IMG/VR virus record: IMGVR_UViG_3300037635_003078
Reading direction: 5' to 3' (one strand)
DNA from: an uncultured virus (IMG/VR IMGVR_UViG_3300037635_003078)
Taxonomy: Duplodnaviria > Heunggongvirae > Uroviricota > Caudoviricetes
DNA: 60,712 nucleotides
The notes below the pieces were generated by a model, which was not told the DNA's origin, did not search any database, and worked only from the letters and a program-made list of their open reading frames with translations. This document shows positions 57,078 through 60,712 of the stretch, piece by piece. Numbering within the stretch: position 1 is the first letter of the stretch; every line of letters begins with the position of its first letter. The translations under genes were made by a program, and so were the position numbers.

Positions 57078-57110
57078 TTTACTAACTTTCTTAAAACTAT
57101 TTATGATTAT

Positions 57111-57317
57111 ATGATTAACTACGAACAATCGGCAATAGACGAAGTATATGATATTATACTATACAATCCGGACGTTCATAGTGAAATGAAGTTAAACATA
57201 GTAGATAACCTACTTGAGTATTACACTAATATCGAAGAATATGAAAAGTGTAAAAACTTACAAGAGTTACGGTTAGTTATGGAGAGAGAAAATGAATCTA
57301 ATAATAAAAAGACTTAG
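57111..57317 (+). CDS. Small hypothetical with UVR-like EEYEKC motif
   Basis: EEYEKC..L motif. Confidence 0.5.
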   Translation: MINYEQSAIDEVYDIILYNPDVHSEMKLNIVDNLLEYYTNIEEYEKCKNLQELRLVMERENESNNKKT

Positions 57318-57480
57318 TAGTGAAGTACAAAGTTTAGATGGCAATACATTGATGTATGTTCAGACTGAAGGTGGTACTAACATAAGAGCCGAAGTTTGTA
57401 CCGAACAAGAGGTTTCAAACTATATTTACATACTAAAATCAGACTACGATATAAAACAAGTTATATATTTTGACCTTTAA
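57292..57480 (+). CDS. Hypothetical protein
   Basis: 62-aa ORF coupled to the next gene (TAATG overlap). Confidence 0.45.
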   Translation: MNLIIKRLSSEVQSLDGNTLMYVQTEGGTNIRAEVCTEQEVSNYIYILKSDYDIKQVIYFDL

Positions 57481-57719
57481 TGGATTCCCGACTATATTTA
57501 TTAAATGATGATATCCACTCGTTTGAAGACGTAGTGTTTGTTTTAAAACGTTACTTAGGTTATTCAGACTTACATGGAGCATCTATTGCTGAATTAGTAC
57601 ATAGAACTGGTAAGTGTGAAATAAAGATAGGTGAGTTCTCTACATTAGAACTTGTCAAAGAAGCTTTAGTAAAAGAAGGTTATAACGTAAGATTGGAAAA
57701 TGATTATGAAGGATACTAA
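57480..57719 (+). CDS. clpS: ATP-dependent Clp protease adaptor ClpS-like
   Basis: LLNDDIHSFEDVV..L, A..VH..GK. Confidence 0.78.
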   Translation: MDSRLYLLNDDIHSFEDVVFVLKRYLGYSDLHGASIAELVHRTGKCEIKIGEFSTLELVKEALVKEGYNVRLENDYEGY

Positions 57720-57906
57720 ATCCCAAGGATTGGGTGATACAATTGCAAAAATAACATCTGCTACTAAATTAGACAAGTTAGCAGAATCAATTGCTGATGC
57801 AGTTGGTGTGGATGATTGTGGGTGTAAATCGAGACAATCCAAGCTAAATAGAATGTTTCCATACAAAACTGGTAGAGACCCTAAAAACTTTCCAACAAAG
57901 GACTAA
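57700..57906 (+). CDS. Conserved small phage protein (GLGDT..KIT / DCGC motif)
   Basis: Motif recognition; function unknown. Confidence 0.6.
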   Translation: MIMKDTKSQGLGDTIAKITSATKLDKLAESIADAVGVDDCGCKSRQSKLNRMFPYKTGRDPKNFPTKD

Positions 57907-57907
57907 T

Positions 57908-58837
57908 ATGAATTTGATTAATAAGTTGATAAAGGAAGTAATCACCGAGGAACAACTCGATGAGAAACTCATTACATATAACAATAGAAAACCATATGGT
58001 CAAGTAGTATTCTTGGCAGGTGGTGCTGGAAGTGGTAAGGGATTTGCCAGTTCCAACTTCTTAGACTCAGCTGGATTTAAAGTTCGTGATGTCGATGAAA
58101 TGAAAAAACAACTCCAAGTCTTAAATAGAATGGGTAAACTCACAGTTTCAGATATCCTAAAAAAGTATGGTAAAAAGATAAAACCAAAGGATATGGAGAT
58201 TGTTAACAAGGTATTTAACACCGAATTGCCAAGGGGTGGTAAACAAACTCTTCGTAATCTTAATCTAAAAGATCCAGACCACGTGGCAACACTACATTAT
58301 TTGGTAAAGGCCATGGGTATTAAAGATAAGTCTTTAGAGAATATGTTGGCTGCTACAAACAATCCAGAGACACTTCCTAACATTATGTTTGATATCACGG
58401 CAAAAGATTTAAGTGATATTACTGATGTACTTCCTTTATTGAAAAAAGCAGGTTATGATTCTAAGAACATTCACTTGACTTGGGTTCTTACAAATTATGT
58501 AACAGCAATGGAAAACAATAAAAATAGAGAACGTATGGTACCTGAAGATATTCTTCTAAAAACACATGAAGGTGCTTCAAATACAGTTTGGTCATTAGTT
58601 ACACGAGCACTACCAAAAGGAATGAATGGTAGAGTTGACGTTATCCTAAACAACCCACAACATACTGTATTCTATACGGATGGGGATGGTAAGACCATTA
58701 AAGGTGGTGTTAAGGGTTTCCTTTCACTTCCAGTCAAAAAAGCAGGTGGTTCAATCTTACCAGAAAAAGTTTGGAAAAGCAAACTATTTGATTGGATAAA
58801 AGATAACGCTCCTGAAGTCATTTCTAAAAATATGTAA
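57908..58837 (+). CDS. P-loop kinase (zeta-toxin/AAA_33-like)
   Basis: FLAGGAGSGKG, IMFD.T, N..RER.VP lid. Confidence 0.75.
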   Translation: MNLINKLIKEVITEEQLDEKLITYNNRKPYGQVVFLAGGAGSGKGFASSNFLDSAGFKVRDVDEMKKQLQVLNRMGKLTVSDILKKYGKKIKPKDMEIVNKVFNTELPRGGKQTLRNLNLKDPDHVATLHYLVKAMGIKDKSLENMLAATNNPETLPNIMFDITAKDLSDITDVLPLLKKAGYDSKNIHLTWVLTNYVTAMENNKNRERMVPEDILLKTHEGASNTVWSLVTRALPKGMNGRVDVILNNPQHTVFYTDGDGKTIKGGVKGFLSLPVKKAGGSILPEKVWKSKLFDWIKDNAPEVISKNM

Positions 58838-58855
58838 TAAAACTAAAAATAAGTT

Positions 58856-59440
58856 ATGAGAGTAAATTCATTAATCGTAGATGATTTTTATACGAATGTA
58901 GATGATGTAAGAGCCTTTGCGTTATCTCAAGAATTTGGTATCACCGGTAATTATCCGGGCAACAGAACAAAGTCATTTGCTAACGATACTATCAAGGAAT
59001 ACATAAATTCACTAATACGACCCACGGCAGGTGAAATTACATATTGGGCAACCGATGAATATAATGGCGCGTATCAATATACCACTCAAAGAGACCGCTC
59101 TTGGGTTCATGCTGACCAAACAACAACGTGGGCTGCATTAGTATATCTTACACCAAATGCACCATTAAGTGGTGGAACTGGATTGTTTAGACACAAAGAG
59201 ACTGGATTGGAAATGTCACCTAAGTTATCAGATGGTACAATTGACGATGAACTACTTAATGTAGTCTACAAGGATTCCCAAGATATGACAAAGTGGGAAA
59301 TGACAGATAGAATTGCTAATAAATATAATAGATTAGTGTTATATAGAGGTGATTTGTTTCATATATCATTAGACTACTTTGGTACTAACAAAGAAGATGG
59401 TAGATTATTTCAGACATTCTTTTTCAATACTGAATATTAG
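58856..59440 (+). CDS. 2OG-Fe(II) oxygenase, DUF6445-like
   Basis: IVDDFY, YPG.R, HAD, VYLTP, GT, NRLVLY...H, RL.Q.FFF. Confidence 0.78.
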   Translation: MRVNSLIVDDFYTNVDDVRAFALSQEFGITGNYPGNRTKSFANDTIKEYINSLIRPTAGEITYWATDEYNGAYQYTTQRDRSWVHADQTTTWAALVYLTPNAPLSGGTGLFRHKETGLEMSPKLSDGTIDDELLNVVYKDSQDMTKWEMTDRIANKYNRLVLYRGDLFHISLDYFGTNKEDGRLFQTFFFNTEY

Positions 59441-60087
59441 TGAACTACTCACATAAACATAAGTTTGTATGGGTTGCGCCATTTAAGGTAGCAAGTAGGG
59501 CAACTGCAGATTTCTTTAGAGAACACTCAGACCTAAATCCTCACCTACCAAATAAAGATAATCCTGGTATGATATTCACCCATACTCAAGGATGGCCTGA
59601 AGAATGTCCGAGTGATTACTCATACATTGTGAATGTCAGACATCCATATTATAGGTGGATTTCGTATTGGAAGCATGACCTAAACGACACTACCGAATTA
59701 AAACCCAATACACCAGACCCATTAACAGCACTCAAGAGTGTTACTGATGAGAGGTGTATGGCTTGGTCCGAGTGGAGAATTATATCAGATTACCCAATTG
59801 ACTATATCCTTCACGCGGAATCAGTAGAAGACGACCTTCGTAAACTTCCATTCGTGGATGATGATATGGAGATTAAGTTCACTCGTAGTAATCGAAGACC
59901 CACACAAATACCATTGGGTACAACTTGGGATGAGGAAGAACTCAGAGAGTTGGTATATGATAGATTCAGGCAAGACTATGATAATTTAGGATATGGTAAG
60001 TGGGATAACTACGACCACATTTGGGATTGTAGTCCAAAGACTGGCGCAAACATCAGGTCAGTCAAAACTTTCCCAACAAAAATTTAA
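59440..60087 (+). CDS. Sulfotransferase-family protein (possibly degenerate)
   Basis: FVW..PFKVASR (5'-PSB-like), VRHPYYRWISYW (3'-PB), D...LGY. Confidence 0.65.
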   Translation: MNYSHKHKFVWVAPFKVASRATADFFREHSDLNPHLPNKDNPGMIFTHTQGWPEECPSDYSYIVNVRHPYYRWISYWKHDLNDTTELKPNTPDPLTALKSVTDERCMAWSEWRIISDYPIDYILHAESVEDDLRKLPFVDDDMEIKFTRSNRRPTQIPLGTTWDEEELRELVYDRFRQDYDNLGYGKWDNYDHIWDCSPKTGANIRSVKTFPTKI

Positions 60088-60139
60088 CAATTTCTTAACA
60101 TTAAAAGCTTGTGTAACTACTACTTTTTCACTATATTTA
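60084..60139 (+). promoter_or_regulatory. TTAACA-N5-TTAACA box plus promoter variant CTTG-N20-TATATTTA
   Basis: TTAACA 60084 and 60095; CTTG 60108-60111; TATATTTA 60132-60139. Confidence 0.68.
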
Positions 60140-60167
60140 CTATGTAATAATGAGAGAGATAAAGCTT

Positions 60168-60398
60168 ATGACAATTAAAGAATTTTACTTAGACAACTAC
60201 CCAAGTGATGAGTTGGGTAATGAGATTAACGAGAACTCAACCTTCGTTGGGTTACTTTGGATGTTACAAACCAAACGTTCTGTCTACGACTTTCTTGGAA
60301 TCTCCGATACTATTGTCAGAGAACGAGTGTTTCAAGAGTTGGCAAAACAGCTTCGATTAAGTTACACCACCATCTACGAGATGTGGTTGAAAGCTTAA
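60168..60398 (+). CDS. Small hypothetical protein
   Basis: ORF with its own promoter; start 60168 (or 60150). Confidence 0.6.
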   Translation: MTIKEFYLDNYPSDELGNEINENSTFVGLLWMLQTKRSVYDFLGISDTIVRERVFQELAKQLRLSYTTIYEMWLKA

Positions 60399-60450
60399 CA
60401 ATTTCTTAACATTAAACATTTGGTGATATCAAAAATTATCACTATATTAG
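60395..60450 (+). promoter_or_regulatory. TTAACA-N5-TTAACA box plus promoter TTTG-N20-TATATTAG
   Basis: TTAACA 60395 and 60406; TTTG 60419-60422; TATATTAG 60443-60450. Confidence 0.75.
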
Positions 60451-60478
60451 TACTGTAATAATAAGAGATATAAAAGTT

Positions 60479-60712
60479 ATGAAGAAAGAAAATCCAAACA
60501 TCCAAGTTGACTTCCAAGGAGTCCGTTACAACGTTCGTAAGACTGCTCTAAGAACTTACACCTATGGTGAGAACGAAGGTAGTAGGTATTTGAATATTGG
60601 GCCAACTGAGGGTGGTCAGATGACTAAACAATACGTTAAGACCATCAACAAGAACTACCTTTGTAAGGTCAAAGCAGAACACTTTAGTATGGGTAACTCA
60701 CTAAATGTTTAT
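60479..60712 (+). CDS. Hypothetical protein, truncated by the window end
   Basis: Open frame MKKENPNIQVDFQG...EHFSMGNSLNV runs off the end; the final motif loosely resembles LPD29. Confidence 0.55.
   Translation, partial: MKKENPNIQVDFQGVRYNVRKTALRTYTYGENEGSRYLNIGPTEGGQMTKQYVKTINKNYLCKVKAEHFSMGNSLNVY

Noticed and set aside
428..58221. All minus-strand ORFs and short alternative-frame plus-strand ORFs in the track
   Set aside because: They lie inside well-supported + strand genes and have no recognisable motifs or promoters; they are shadow ORFs.
14452..60411. TTAACAATTTCTTAACATTA repeats as a CRISPR array, with the Cas4-like gene as a cas gene
   Set aside because: The copies are dispersed and tied to promoters with no regular spacers, there is no cas1/cas2, and solo Cas4-like nucleases are common in phages.
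1..60712. Stop-codon reassignment
   Set aside because: Genes are full length in code 11, and TAA, TAG and TGA all end genes at tight junctions.

Overview
This is a gene-dense, AT-rich segment that codes entirely on the + strand with the standard code. It looks like part of a large T4-like (Far-T4-type) dsDNA phage. The host is very probably a Bacteroidota/Flavobacteriia bacterium, judging from TTTG-N20-TAnnTTxG promoters, mostly SD-less starts, an Hc1-like protein and a T9SS C-terminal-domain protein. Layout: (1) 1-25 kb is a replication, recombination and nucleotide-metabolism block (divergent PolA-like, gp32-like SSB, RecA/UvsX, RNase H-like 5' nuclease, helicase, class I RNR, thioredoxin, PolB, sliding clamp, clamp loader, Cas4-like nuclease). 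It is interleaved with a candidate DNA-hypermodification set (2OG-Fe(II) oxygenase, MazG-like, two Mom-like GNATs, degenerate DUF262/HNH protein, GT-B, DUF4338, DUF1599). (2) 26-47 kb is a carbamoyltransferase plus ~20-gene glycosylation/nucleotide-sugar cluster including NeuA/NeuB. (3) 47-53.5 kb holds an amidase endolysin followed by an envelope cassette: a T9SS-CTD repeat protein, a predicted outer-membrane beta-barrel, two paralogous membrane proteins, a redox-dead thioredoxin fold and a holin-like gene. (4) 53.5-60.7 kb holds probable head-packaged enzymes, ClpS, an oxygenase/sulfotransferase pair and the start of a repeated early-promoter cassette region. Non-coding signals are a fixed-spacing promoter family, an 11-bp-period TTAACA box upstream of four promoters, a second TAnTTAT motif and a three-hairpin GC-rich RNA after nrdA. 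All calls come from motif recognition by eye; no database searches were run.
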